Source: an uncultured Desulfatitalea sp. (lineage in GTDB: Bacteria; Desulfobacterota; Desulfobacteria; Desulfobacterales; Desulfosarcinaceae). From it: a stretch of DNA of 64,000 bases. Positions 42,557 to 52,355 of this stretch are shown piece by piece; position 1 is the stretch's first letter; every line of letters begins with the position of its first letter. The notes under the pieces are model-generated. The model ran no database searches. It saw only the letters and a list, made by a program, of their open reading frames with translations, and was not told the origin of the DNA. The translations under genes and the position numbers were made by a program. The stretch is from assembly GCA_963668675.2 (NCBI GenBank), contig CAXXMB010000001.1, forward strand, positions 480,001 through 544,000, given 5' to 3'.

Positions 42557-42730
42557 ATGATGAAAAGGATTGTTGTTACGCTTCTAATGGTTGGTTTGGT
42601 TTTGCTTTTTTACACTCCTGCTTTTGCCCTGAATGAATCCTTTCCTCCAGATTGGAGCGCTCTTTTTGTTGTTGGCGGTGTGATGCTTGTTTTGGGTTTA
42701 TTTGGAAACCGGCGGTTTATCAAACGATAG
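42557..42730 (+). CDS. 57-aa mini-protein (absent from the ORF track): signal peptide, TM, GLFGNRRFIKR
   Basis: RBS GAGGA; MMKRIVVTLLMVGLVLLFYTPAFA-LNESFPPDWSALFVVGGVMLVLGLFGNRRFIKR. Confidence 0.8.
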   Translation: MMKRIVVTLLMVGLVLLFYTPAFALNESFPPDWSALFVVGGVMLVLGLFGNRRFIKR

Positions 42731-42889
42731 ATGAGATTGAGAATCTCTTTCAGAGGCAGAAGTAGGGTTTTGGCATATGAGTAATCTTAACCGATATTTG
42801 TTTAATGGGTGGATGCTGGATCACGTCCAGCATGACGAAGATGAGTTGCTTATTGAATATGCCAGTGGGTTAATTGAGGTAGTACGGTT

Positions 42890-43813
42890 TTGAGTAAAAA
42901 ATGGATTGGCATCGCTTTGTTTGGGGGGTGGTTTGCGCTCTTTGGCTTTCCATTGGCCAGATTGATCGGCTTCTCCTATCAAAGCAATTTTTATACACAC
43001 ATCATGCTGATCCCAATAGTTAGCGGCTATATCATTTGGGTTAACCGGAAAAGACTATCTCTCGATCCATCAGCGGGTTGGTCGGCATTATCCGTGTTTC
43101 TCATCGTCTTTGGCCTTTTGGCATATCTTGCCAGTTTTCGCGTAGGCCAATTCGTCGATACCAAAGAGGATGCCCTTTTTGTGGTTACCCTTGCGGCGTT
43201 GATGGCTCTATGGGGCATTTTCCTCGGATATTTTGGTCGAAAATGTTTTAAGCTGTGTCTGTTTCCCCTTCTGTTATTGGCCTTTATGGTTCCGTTGCCT
43301 TCAGTGACGCTCGATGCATTGATTCGTTTTTTGCAGTTGGCATCGGCAGGGACTGCCAACTTTGTTTTTATGCTGCTCGATATACCTTTTTTGCGAGAGG
43401 GAACGACATTTACACTGCCCGGAATGGCTGTGAACGTTGCGCCTGAATGTAGCGGCATTCGCTCCTTCTTTGCCTTGATGGTTCTTGGTATTGTTGCGGC
43501 GTATATGTTTCTAAACTCCAATAAGAGAAGGCTTATTTTTATTGCGGCTATTTTGCCGGTCACCATATTTAAAAATGCATTGCGTATTGTCCTGCTGGCC
43601 TATTTGGGTGCCTATGTAAATCCCGGCTTTGTCACGGATAGCATTCTTCATCGGCAGGGTGGCAAACCGTTTATGTTTGTTGCCTGCATGATGTTGATTC
43701 CGTTGTTTTGGGCATTGCGCAGAAATGAGAAAAGAGCGGTCAAAAAAAAAGATTGCGCAAAGCGGCCTTATCTTCAAATGAGATCGGAGCCCGTACATTC
43801 CGTGACCAAATAA
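42890..43813 (+). CDS. xrt: Exosortase (EpsH family), no fused EpsI
   Basis: YTHIMLIP, VAPECSGIRS (catalytic Cys), NALRI (Arg) and LH (His); about 8 TMs. Confidence 0.92.
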   Translation: MSKKWIGIALFGGWFALFGFPLARLIGFSYQSNFYTHIMLIPIVSGYIIWVNRKRLSLDPSAGWSALSVFLIVFGLLAYLASFRVGQFVDTKEDALFVVTLAALMALWGIFLGYFGRKCFKLCLFPLLLLAFMVPLPSVTLDALIRFLQLASAGTANFVFMLLDIPFLREGTTFTLPGMAVNVAPECSGIRSFFALMVLGIVAAYMFLNSNKRRLIFIAAILPVTIFKNALRIVLLAYLGAYVNPGFVTDSILHRQGGKPFMFVACMMLIPLFWALRRNEKRAVKKKDCAKRPYLQMRSEPVHSVTK

Positions 43814-43888
43814 GATAGAGCGGTGAGTCCGCATCAGATTGGGAACAGGGAGAAGTTAGCAAACCGGCATAGGCGATGATAGCGCAAC

Positions 43889-44016
43889 TTATTAACCCGG
43901 GAATTAAAGATCGCAATCCCCGTCATTCCGGCGAAAGCCGGAATCCAGACGTTTGCTGGATTCTGGATCAAGTCCAGGATGACAATGGTAGGTCTATTTA
44001 ATTTCCGGTTTAATAA
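43889..44016 (+). repeat. MITE with palindromic core
   Basis: TTATTAACCCGGGAATTAAA...TTTAATTTCCGGTTTAATAA ends. Confidence 0.85.
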
Positions 44017-44042
44017 AGCCGGGATTGAAGGAGATATTCAAG

Positions 44043-45722
44043 ATGGCACCTCAGCTGACGAACGAGAAGATTCTGGATTTCGATACCATCTGGAAAGAGG
44101 CGGATGTGAATTTTAGTTTCCTGGCACGTAGAAATGCCGTCCCCTTGAAATGGATCCTGGGGGGCATTGACTTTGTATTGTCCTTTGTATTTTTTGTTTT
44201 GTCGGCATCATTTTTTGAGTATTTTTCAAACGAAAGCTTTAACTTGAGCTCGTGGATTCCTTTGCTGATCTTGTCTTTGCTGGTCATTATTTTTTTTCCT
44301 CCGTTGCGGCTTTACAGTCGCCATTTGGTTTTCTCCAAAAGGAAGCATGTCGCCCAATTGGTAAAGGCGTTCGCCTCCAGTTTTTTATCATTCTCTTTTG
44401 TGGTGGCCGCTTTTGCACTTCCGGTTTTTGCAAAAAATTATGGTTTTACGGTGCTGGTCTTGGTGCTGGCATTGTTGATTATCACCTCCAGATTTATTCA
44501 ATTTGAAAGTGGCGCCTCGTTTTATCTGTTCAAAATATTTGGGATCAGCATGATCGTGGTCGGTGCTTTGGGGATCCTGTCGGAAGGAGGAACGCCTGCC
44601 ATCTTGAGGCAGCCCGAATTGGCGATGTGTGGGTTTTTACTCGCCGTTGTGACCATATTTGCGGCCAGGTTGGGGGGCATCCATCTGCTTTTCAACTCCA
44701 CGTTGAAACGCCACTTCAGACGACAGGTTGCGGTGATCGGATCCGATGAGCAGGGTAATCAGATCGTCTCTTACATTATCGATCGCAATGCCCCCTTTTG
44801 GGTTGCGGGCACCATCGGTGAGCACTGCGAATTAAAAACAAAGGTGCGCAAGCATTGTTTGGGAATGATCCAGGAACTGCCCGGTATCGTCGGTGCTCAT
44901 AAGATTGACGAACTGCTTATCGCCGATCAAAATATCGATAAACGAACCTTGGTGAGTATCCTCGATTTTTGCATGAGCAATGGCATCCAGGTGTGGTTCC
45001 CGCCCAGCTATATAGAGATCATCGATCGTAAGCTCTATATCGATAATTTTTGCGGTCTGCCGATGATCAAGCTTTGCTCACCGCAACGCATCTGGCTGGT
45101 CAATAAGTTTAAGCACTCATTGGATGCGATAATTGGGCTGCCTTTGTTTATCTTTTTGCTGCCTCTGTTTGGGGTGATTGCGGCTGCCATCAAAATAAAT
45201 TCTGAGGGGCCTGTGTTCTACAAAGCAAGAGCGATCGGCAAAACAGGGCGTGAATTTGCCATGTATAAGTTCCGGTCGATGCGGGTGAACAACGATGCAG
45301 GGGTTCACAAGGATTACGTCACAAAATTGATTAAAGGGGAGATCGGCAAAGAGGGCAACGACGGAAAGCCGCTTAAAATAACAGATGACCCCCGGGTTAC
45401 GGCGGTTGGCAATATTTTGCGAAAGTTTAGTCTGGATGAACTGCCCCAGCTCATTAACGTCATCAAAGGAGATATGAGCTTGGTAGGGCCGCGTCCTTGC
45501 CTGCCATACGAGTATGAGATTTATCAGGATTGGTACAAAAAAAGAGCATCCATCCGGCCGGGAATTACCGGGTTGTGGCAAGTGGCAGGCCGAAGCGAAG
45601 TGTCATTCGAGGATATGATCCTTCTGGATTTGTATTATCTCTACAATAGAAGTTTGTGGATGGATCTGAATATCTTGATTGAAACGGCGTTCGTCCTTCT
45701 GGAGAAGAGAGGTGCGTATTGA
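44043..45722 (+). CDS. Priming polyprenyl glycosylphosphotransferase
   Basis: YKFRSM, DDPRVT, SLDELPQL.NV.KGDMSLVGPRP and PGITGLWQV motifs. Confidence 0.95.
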   Translation: MAPQLTNEKILDFDTIWKEADVNFSFLARRNAVPLKWILGGIDFVLSFVFFVLSASFFEYFSNESFNLSSWIPLLILSLLVIIFFPPLRLYSRHLVFSKRKHVAQLVKAFASSFLSFSFVVAAFALPVFAKNYGFTVLVLVLALLIITSRFIQFESGASFYLFKIFGISMIVVGALGILSEGGTPAILRQPELAMCGFLLAVVTIFAARLGGIHLLFNSTLKRHFRRQVAVIGSDEQGNQIVSYIIDRNAPFWVAGTIGEHCELKTKVRKHCLGMIQELPGIVGAHKIDELLIADQNIDKRTLVSILDFCMSNGIQVWFPPSYIEIIDRKLYIDNFCGLPMIKLCSPQRIWLVNKFKHSLDAIIGLPLFIFLLPLFGVIAAAIKINSEGPVFYKARAIGKTGREFAMYKFRSMRVNNDAGVHKDYVTKLIKGEIGKEGNDGKPLKITDDPRVTAVGNILRKFSLDELPQLINVIKGDMSLVGPRPCLPYEYEIYQDWYKKRASIRPGITGLWQVAGRSEVSFEDMILLDLYYLYNRSLWMDLNILIETAFVLLEKRGAY

Positions 45723-45858
45723 GTTGGCGCTTGATTGGGAAATCTTGGAATTCGTCTAAGATAGCGACTGCTTTATGAATACGCAATAATAACGATACAA
45801 TCGCATGAAGTGAGATTTCTTGGTGGAAACTGTAGCATTAGAGCGACGAGGGATTTGT

Positions 45859-46035
45859 ATGGATGATGCCTGTCCGATGGACAATGGAGGGCGCCGTTGC
45901 GGTGTAGACCGAAGGAAGTACGTCTACTTCGGTATACTGCCCGAAAGGAGACGCGAGGGTGATCGTCGATGCCGGCCGGAGCGTCGTTTGCAGGTCAGAA
46001 CCGAAGGTGGCATTCTTGCGAATTCCGAAGATTGA
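45859..46035 (+). CDS. Small Arg-rich (D/E)RR-repeat protein
   Basis: DNGGRRCGVDRR...PERRREGDRRCRPERR; start approximate. Confidence 0.55.
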   Translation: MDDACPMDNGGRRCGVDRRKYVYFGILPERRREGDRRCRPERRLQVRTEGGILANSED

Positions 46036-46047
46036 TTTTTTTAAACC

Positions 46048-46147
46048 ATAACAAGAAAAAGCCAAACCTGCTGTGAGGCAGGCACGGAAAGCCACGGGTC
46101 TCTGAGTATCAACTTTGCTGAAGAGATCGCCGGGTTGCCTTGAGTTT
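46048..46147 (+). ncRNA. GEMM-I (c-di-GMP-I class) riboswitch
   Basis: GCCAAACC-TGCTGTGAGGCA-GG-CACGGAAAGCC-ACGGGTCTC...GATCGCCGGGTTGCC matches GEMM-I architecture. Confidence 0.85.
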
Positions 46148-46206
46148 GGGGGTACATGTAGGTTTTGGGAGCTTTGATTCACTCGAGGAGAAAGGGGTTG
46201 AACGGT

Positions 46207-46773
46207 ATGAAGAGATTGCTGTGTTTTTTATGTACCCTGCTGTTGTTTTTTGGTTTGGCCGGCCATGTGGGTGCCTCCATGTATTATTATGAGGATGTGA
46301 TCGATACATGGGCCGGGTATGGCGATGCAGTGCCGATTGTTGAAAACTTTCCTTTGAAGTATAATCACAATATTAACGATTCTGTGAATTTCGGCGCTGG
46401 CGACAAGGTCGCAGAGGCCACCTTGGAGTTGGATTTCACCAACGATCTGTTGGATACGATATGTTTTCTTCCTCATCTTTTTGAAGAGCATATCTATTAT
46501 GCATTCGACGGAAGCGGGTGGAGTTATCTGGATGAGGTGGATAACGGGCAATACGATATCGGAATCGATATTGCGCTGCTCAATGTCGATGGCCTTCTGA
46601 ATGTCGAACTGGCAGTAACTAACTTCAGTTGTGGGTGGGCGGACGCCTGGCTGGACCACTCCAAGTTATATGGAATGGCTGAAACCGCAGGTGTGCCGGA
46701 ACCATCGCCGATGCTTTTTCTGGGGCTGGTGCTAATAGGGCTGAGCTCCTTTAGGAGAAAGTTGCTGAAATAG
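46207..46773 (+). CDS. PEP-CTERM protein
   Basis: Signal peptide; VPEPS-TM-RRK. Confidence 0.95.
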   Translation: MKRLLCFLCTLLLFFGLAGHVGASMYYYEDVIDTWAGYGDAVPIVENFPLKYNHNINDSVNFGAGDKVAEATLELDFTNDLLDTICFLPHLFEEHIYYAFDGSGWSYLDEVDNGQYDIGIDIALLNVDGLLNVELAVTNFSCGWADAWLDHSKLYGMAETAGVPEPSPMLFLGLVLIGLSSFRRKLLK

Positions 46774-46808
46774 ACATTCAGTGGCATTTCCTACTCATTT
46801 TTTATAAG

Positions 46809-46835
46809 AAGGGCGGTCGATGGACCGCCCTTTTT
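46809..46835 (+). terminator. Rho-independent terminator
   Basis: AAGGGCGGTC-GATG-GACCGCCCTTTTT. Confidence 0.85.
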
Positions 46836-46862
46836 GTTCCAGTGATATCCTTTTGTAATGTT

Positions 46863-47005
46863 TGTGAATTCGTAAAAAGTTGCTCATCCGTCATGCTGGA
46901 CCCTGGATCCTTGTTCAGTGAAGGCTTTAGTGACCCGGAATTCAGAAAACAGTCTTTACTGGATCACGGATCAAGTCCTGGATGACTGAGGTTGGCCTAT
47001 TTAAT
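46863..47005 (+). repeat. Degenerate palindromic MITE
   Basis: CTGGATCACGGATCAAGTCCTGGATGAC...GGTTGGCCTATTT shared with 54110-54152. Confidence 0.65.
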
Positions 47006-47045
47006 AAACCGGCAACTTCTTGCATAAAATAGAATAAGGTGCAGC

Positions 47046-48188
47046 TTGGTACGGTTACCACGAACGAACAGACTGTCTTTTATATTGCTTTTGGGCATGA
47101 CGGCCCTGGTCATTTTGGGGATGCTCTATTTTGGAATTCGGTTCAAAGGATTCCGGCCGATTAACAATGTTAAATGGAATGATTCCGGTGTCGGGCTTCG
47201 CTTTGATCGATTTGGGATAGTCTATGCTCAAGGTTTTTTTTCGTCATCCGCTGAAGGTTCTCAGAAAGATAGTCTTACAATTGAAATGGCGATAAAGCCC
47301 GTGTTTAACCAATATTCAGATTTCAGATATGTGCTGCTCATTCATAATGGAGATGATGCCAAGCAACTGGTAGTGGGCCAGTATCGTACGTCACTCGTTG
47401 TTATGAATGGTAATGATCACAGCAATAGACGAAAAACCCCCAAAATATATGTTCAATTGGACGGGGAAGCGCACAAAGATTTTTTGGTTACTATTGTTTC
47501 CAATCAATTGGGAACCCGGTTGTTTTTGAATGGTCGTCTGGTAAGCACCAACAAACACCTGCGTTTAAAGTATCCCAACCCAGGGGAACAGACAAAAATG
47601 CTGGTTGGCAACAGTTTGTATGGCAATAACCCTTGGAGGGGGACAATGCTGGGGTTGGCATTATATGATTTCGATTTGTCGGAGAAGGTAATTAGCAATC
47701 ATTATCAAAAATGGAGAGATGGGCTAAATTTTAATGCCTTTCGTGCTGAATCCCCAAGATTGCTTTATGCTTTCGATCAGAGGGGCGGTGAAAAGGTGCA
47801 CAATGTGGTAAGCGGTGGTGAAGAGTTAGATTTAATCGTTCCAGTTTGGATGTCTGCACCGAAAAAGAAAATTCTCGGTTGGCCTGTTTTTAATGAAATG
47901 GTTTCAAAAGAAAGTTTGACATCAGATGTGTTGGTCAATCTGTTCGGATTTATCCCGCTTGGTTTTCTGCTTTTAGCAACTTTGGGGAGACTGGAGGGTT
48001 TTAATAAAAAATATACTATTTTAATTCTTGGTGTACTGGTAGCCTTCCTATTCAGTTTTTCGATCGAAATAGCACAGGTATGGATACCATCAAGAGATTC
48101 ATCCATACTGGACTTGGTTTTAAACAGTTTTGGCGGGCTTTTGGGGGGGCTCGCCTATTTGGTGTTGAATAGTATTTTGTTGGATTGA
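47046..48188 (+). CDS. LamG-like domain plus C-terminal VanZ membrane protein
   Basis: LFLNG...PWRG..L.LALYD; DVLVNLFGFIPLG...IEIAQVWIPSR.SS..D...N. Confidence 0.8.
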   Translation: MVRLPRTNRLSFILLLGMTALVILGMLYFGIRFKGFRPINNVKWNDSGVGLRFDRFGIVYAQGFFSSSAEGSQKDSLTIEMAIKPVFNQYSDFRYVLLIHNGDDAKQLVVGQYRTSLVVMNGNDHSNRRKTPKIYVQLDGEAHKDFLVTIVSNQLGTRLFLNGRLVSTNKHLRLKYPNPGEQTKMLVGNSLYGNNPWRGTMLGLALYDFDLSEKVISNHYQKWRDGLNFNAFRAESPRLLYAFDQRGGEKVHNVVSGGEELDLIVPVWMSAPKKKILGWPVFNEMVSKESLTSDVLVNLFGFIPLGFLLLATLGRLEGFNKKYTILILGVLVAFLFSFSIEIAQVWIPSRDSSILDLVLNSFGGLLGGLAYLVLNSILLD

Positions 48189-48196
48189 ATAGGGAA

Positions 48197-48223
48197 CGGG
48201 CAGAGTTGGAACAACTCTGCCCG
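48197..48223. terminator. Hairpin between convergent genes
   Basis: CGGGCAGAGTTG-GAA-CAACTCTGCCCG. Confidence 0.7.
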
Positions 48224-48238
48224 CATGAAAATTTCGAC

Positions 48239-48883
48239 CTACTTTTTAAACAGTTTTTTACGAGATGCCCCCATAAGTCCTAAAACTCCGGTAATAAGGA
48301 AAACTAATGAGGACGGTTCAGGGACCGAGGACGAAGCATTAAACTGCAAATCATCTACTGCGAAAAAATCCCCTGTTATCGAAAAATACTTGATATTGAA
48401 GGCGCCAGTATCAATGCCGATATAAGTATTTTTTCCAACAGGGGCCATGTAAGATTCGATTACACTCATTGAACTATCATAAGCGGTAATGTATTCCGGC
48501 CCTCCATCTGAATCAGCTATGCCTATGCCCACTATATCTGCTAGGCCTGTAAATTCGAATAAGATGGTACCATCCCAGCCCAAACTAGCATCGGTACCTC
48601 TTTCGCTATTGACTCCCGTTCCGATGTAGTTTGGCGAACTTTGCGTCCCTGCGTAATAGCTTAACAGGAATCCCTCTGTTTCTGTTATGGATGCAACACC
48701 AACGGATAAATAATCTGTCGATCCCACGGCACTGCCGGTGGAATAATCATCAAAAGTTACCAGCGTGCCAAAAGTGGGGCTCAATGAAGGAGAAGGTGTT
48801 CCGGTAAACATTAGGGCTGAAACTGGGCTTACTAAAAAAAATGCCAATACGGTTGCTAAAAATAGAACAGATAATTTTTTCAT
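48239..48883 (-). CDS. PEP-CTERM protein
   Basis: Signal peptide; DDLQF...VPEPS-TM-RKK. Confidence 0.95.
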   Translation of the reverse strand: MKKLSVLFLATVLAFFLVSPVSALMFTGTPSPSLSPTFGTLVTFDDYSTGSAVGSTDYLSVGVASITETEGFLLSYYAGTQSSPNYIGTGVNSERGTDASLGWDGTILFEFTGLADIVGIGIADSDGGPEYITAYDSSMSVIESYMAPVGKNTYIGIDTGAFNIKYFSITGDFFAVDDLQFNASSSVPEPSSLVFLITGVLGLMGASRKKLFKK

Positions 48884-49310
48884 TTTTTACCTCCAAAGTT
48901 TGAAAAAGTAATATCAATGAACCAACTTCCACCAATGTAATTATCACCTCCCTTCGTTTAATTTGGTATTGTGATTCCGTACGAAATCAGATCAAGATAA
49001 TGCTTGAGTTTGAATAACTCAAAGTCTAACTGTCTTATTCGAACGCTTGTTATGGAGGCTCATTTTTTAAGTTGGTTGCAAATTTCTTCTGATTTTATGC
49101 CTCATACGAGCTTATCATTTTAAAGGCAGAACAATTAAGAAGGGGAGGGCATTTCAGTGGGGAATATGATTCACATTGTTTCGGTCAAAAGATTGCTTTG
49201 TGGTAGAAGAGAGATGGAGTGGACAACCCAATCAATAGCTCAGCTCACTAATATGAAGCTATAGTAATATAGTCAATTCAGGTTTTGCAACTTGTTCTTT
49301 TTGTGAAAAG

Positions 49311-49345
49311 AAGATAACGGAGACATCGTAGGCCTCCGTTATCTT
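49311..49345 (-). terminator. Terminator hairpin
   Basis: AAGATAACGGAG...CTCCGTTATCTT after the stop of 49370-50131. Confidence 0.7.
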
Positions 49346-49369
49346 TAAGTTATTAATGGAAGCTTGCCA

Positions 49370-50131
49370 TTATCTTATGATCTTTTTCCGCAAAGCCGCC
49401 AATCCAATGAGGCAACTTCCCAAAAAGAGCATTGAAGAGGGCTCTGGTACACTCGGATTAACATCTTGGATTTCACGAATTTTGCCTGCAACGAAATCAT
49501 TAGTAAAGTCTGCAGCATTATTACGAAGATAATTCAAATCCCACAATCCTGTAAACCCGTCAGTCGTGGTATATGCAACTCCATCATCATAGTAGCTATA
49601 AAAGCTCGATAAGGTAATAACATTTAGCATGATATTTTCATCTGATACCAGTTTAGCAGCTGCGGCCTCTCCTGTTAAACCACTATAGCTAAACCAACTT
49701 TTATCATCAGGATCCTCATCGGTTATTAGGATCATGACTTTTGCATAGTTGTTGTCAGCTGACCAAGAAAAATTATCAGCACCCCATTGAATGGCACTAT
49801 ACGCATATTCAGTGCCACCGTAGGTGCTGACTGAACTTACCTCTCCGGTTACGGCACTAATATCGGAAGTTAGATCTTGCCAGGCGTTAACTGAGTAGTC
49901 GCTCCCAACAGTTGTTTCATATCCGGCTACTCCGAAATTGGCGGTAATACCAGCGTTTGCCATTTCGCTTGCAACGGTGTTAAGGCTGTTATTGATCCAA
50001 CTGAACTCTCCCGCCATACTTCCGCTTTGATCAACAACAAAAGCGACGTCGGCATAAGAAGCTGCAGAAGCAGTATTGGCCAATCCTGCTAAAAAGAAAA
50101 GAGCCGCAATAATCATTAAAAATTTTTTCAT
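49370..50131 (-). CDS. vWA-domain PEP-CTERM protein
   Basis: MIDAS DQSGS, GGTE and ITDE motifs; VPEPS-TM-RKK. Confidence 0.9.
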   Translation of the reverse strand: MKKFLMIIAALFFLAGLANTASAASYADVAFVVDQSGSMAGEFSWINNSLNTVASEMANAGITANFGVAGYETTVGSDYSVNAWQDLTSDISAVTGEVSSVSTYGGTEYAYSAIQWGADNFSWSADNNYAKVMILITDEDPDDKSWFSYSGLTGEAAAAKLVSDENIMLNVITLSSFYSYYDDGVAYTTTDGFTGLWDLNYLRNNAADFTNDFVAGKIREIQDVNPSVPEPSSMLFLGSCLIGLAALRKKIIR

Positions 50132-50512
50132 TTTTTTCCTCTTCTTCTTTTGGTGTTAATTGCATAAAAACATTAAAGATGCCAATAACAAGATATTAAT
50201 TTTTAAATTTTGAAATCGATCACCTCCTTTCCATAGATAAGACATAGGCGTTGCTTAATTTAGGAATATTATGTGATCGCAAGTGGTCAATTCGACCATA
50301 AACCGCCGATATTTCACCCCTCGGCCTATGTCTTTCGAAAAGAATCATTACCCTATCCAACGAGCAAGACAGCATTTTGTGAATATGCTCCTATGCTCGC
50401 TTGAAGCCGATACTTCACAATGCTATATCGGCCATCACATTAGATATTTATATGTATACAGTGTTAATGGGAGATGTACTTTTTAGATCAATTCGTAACT
50501 TCTTGTAACTAC

Positions 50513-50528
50513 AGCAAGTTGCGTGCCC
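50513..50528 (-). promoter_or_regulatory. sigma54 promoter
   Basis: GGGCACGCAACTTGCT on the minus strand. Confidence 0.75.
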
Positions 50529-50853
50529 ATGCGATTCTGAACGTCAAGTGATTTTACGAATTATGCCTAGAACAGGAAACATAATCTAAAAACGCATAAC
50601 ATTAAGTAAAAATAGCAGAAAACAACATAAAAGATATGAAAACCTTAAAATAATAATAATGATAAACTTATGTTGAAAATACAGGAGGAAATAAAAAATA
50701 CAGCATTCTTAAGGCGCTGTTGTGGGCTAGGCACACCTAACTAAAACTTTAATCCGTGAAGTACCCCGGAGAATAAAATTAGAAATGATGTAACTATTAC
50801 CTAAAATATATAAATGCTATGTAATTTAATTCATAGCTCCAGTGCGTATTTGA

Positions 50854-52005
50854 TTATATTCGATCAAGATATGCCAAATCATGTTGCTGACTGTTTTTCG
50901 TACCAATGATGACCAATTCGGCTCGCCTATCTCCTTTCGGAAAAAAATAGAGCCTTCCTTTATAACCGAACACCACTTCGAGGACAGAAAAGCGATTCCT
51001 TTTTGTAAATACTTTGCGTTTGATTTGAATAGAAGTGGGTTTTTCATTAAGTTGCATGAGGATCTCTTCGCACTTGAGCTTGAGTTCCTCAGTTAGCCCA
51101 CAATACCCTTCTACAGCCTTGTCATGGATATCCAGGTTTTTATAAAGCGTCGTAAGCCTTTTGCGTGCCATATCGGTGGATTTTTGTTTTAGCGCACTTT
51201 CTTTCCTATTAAGTTGATTAAACTCCTGAAGTTTCAATTGGAGTTGTTCTATTTTTTCGGATTGGACCGCATGAAGATTCTCTTTTTTGGCAATATTTTT
51301 TTCCAAGGCTATTATCTCTCCGATCATCTCCTCTTCGTTAGTGTCGGCTCTTCGCTTTTCATTTCGTAAAACGGACTTCAACTGTACGATATCATTTTCC
51401 ATCATCTCGCGTTCCTTTTTGATTCTGTCGAGTTGGAAGCGGTGATTGGTTTTAAGCCGGTTAAGCTCTGCTATTTCAGCAGAGTGGATTTTTTCCTGCT
51501 GATGGTACATTGAACTCCATCGGCGGTAATAGAAAACAAATACAGTTAAAGAGAGCAAGATCAACGCTGCTAACAGCGAATTGGATATGGCGGTATTGTG
51601 GGGTAATTCAAACACCAGCGATAATTCTATCCCCTCGTCAATCAACCGGAAGTTTTCCGTTGCGATCTCAAAGGGCATTTCTTGATTCCCCAGCATCGGG
51701 TTTGAGCCATCATGAACCAATGGATAGAGCAATGTATTGCGACGGGTCCTTACCGATACGGTTACTTTTCCTCCCAACTTAAGCCATTGGCATTCTTGTA
51801 AATAGTGGTCTATATTCTTGCGAATCGTTTGGCGCAACCTCGCCGATCCGTCTAAAAGCAAGTGGGTATCACCCAGATATGTTGCTTCCAATCCGGTGCG
51901 AATTTCGTTTTTAGCGTACTGTTCAATAAAATGAATTATACTTACATAAATCAGCGGCGGTAAAATGACACACAATAAAACGATACTGAGGCGAAATTTT
52001 ATCAT
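50854..52005 (-). CDS. Two-TM membrane protein with coiled coil and small C-terminal domain
   Basis: TM - periplasmic loop - TM - heptad-rich region. Confidence 0.8.
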   Translation of the reverse strand: MIKFRLSIVLLCVILPPLIYVSIIHFIEQYAKNEIRTGLEATYLGDTHLLLDGSARLRQTIRKNIDHYLQECQWLKLGGKVTVSVRTRRNTLLYPLVHDGSNPMLGNQEMPFEIATENFRLIDEGIELSLVFELPHNTAISNSLLAALILLSLTVFVFYYRRWSSMYHQQEKIHSAEIAELNRLKTNHRFQLDRIKKEREMMENDIVQLKSVLRNEKRRADTNEEEMIGEIIALEKNIAKKENLHAVQSEKIEQLQLKLQEFNQLNRKESALKQKSTDMARKRLTTLYKNLDIHDKAVEGYCGLTEELKLKCEEILMQLNEKPTSIQIKRKVFTKRNRFSVLEVVFGYKGRLYFFPKGDRRAELVIIGTKNSQQHDLAYLDRI

Positions 52006-52355
52006 TTTGCAGGATCTCGATTAGTACGGAAAGATAGATATGTTTGCAATTTGTTATCGGCCCATTTTATAATTTGTTATGGTATCAAAAAAAATTTTAA
52101 ACTCAAGATGCGCCATTAATTTCTTGCTGGTCTATATTTTTTGTTTGGTTACATATCTGATAGATGTTGAGTTGGTTTAACGATTGATATATGAATTTAT
52201 TTTATAAGCGCTTGTCGTTACAACAATAGTTTCAAATGGACTTAAATTGTGCCCGAAAAGATCAGGGGCAGATAGTAGGAGCAGGAACTCCTTCCCCTAG
52301 TGGCTTAAAGGCAGGCCGGAGAGGGTTGAAGGGAAAACGAAATGGAACGAATGAT

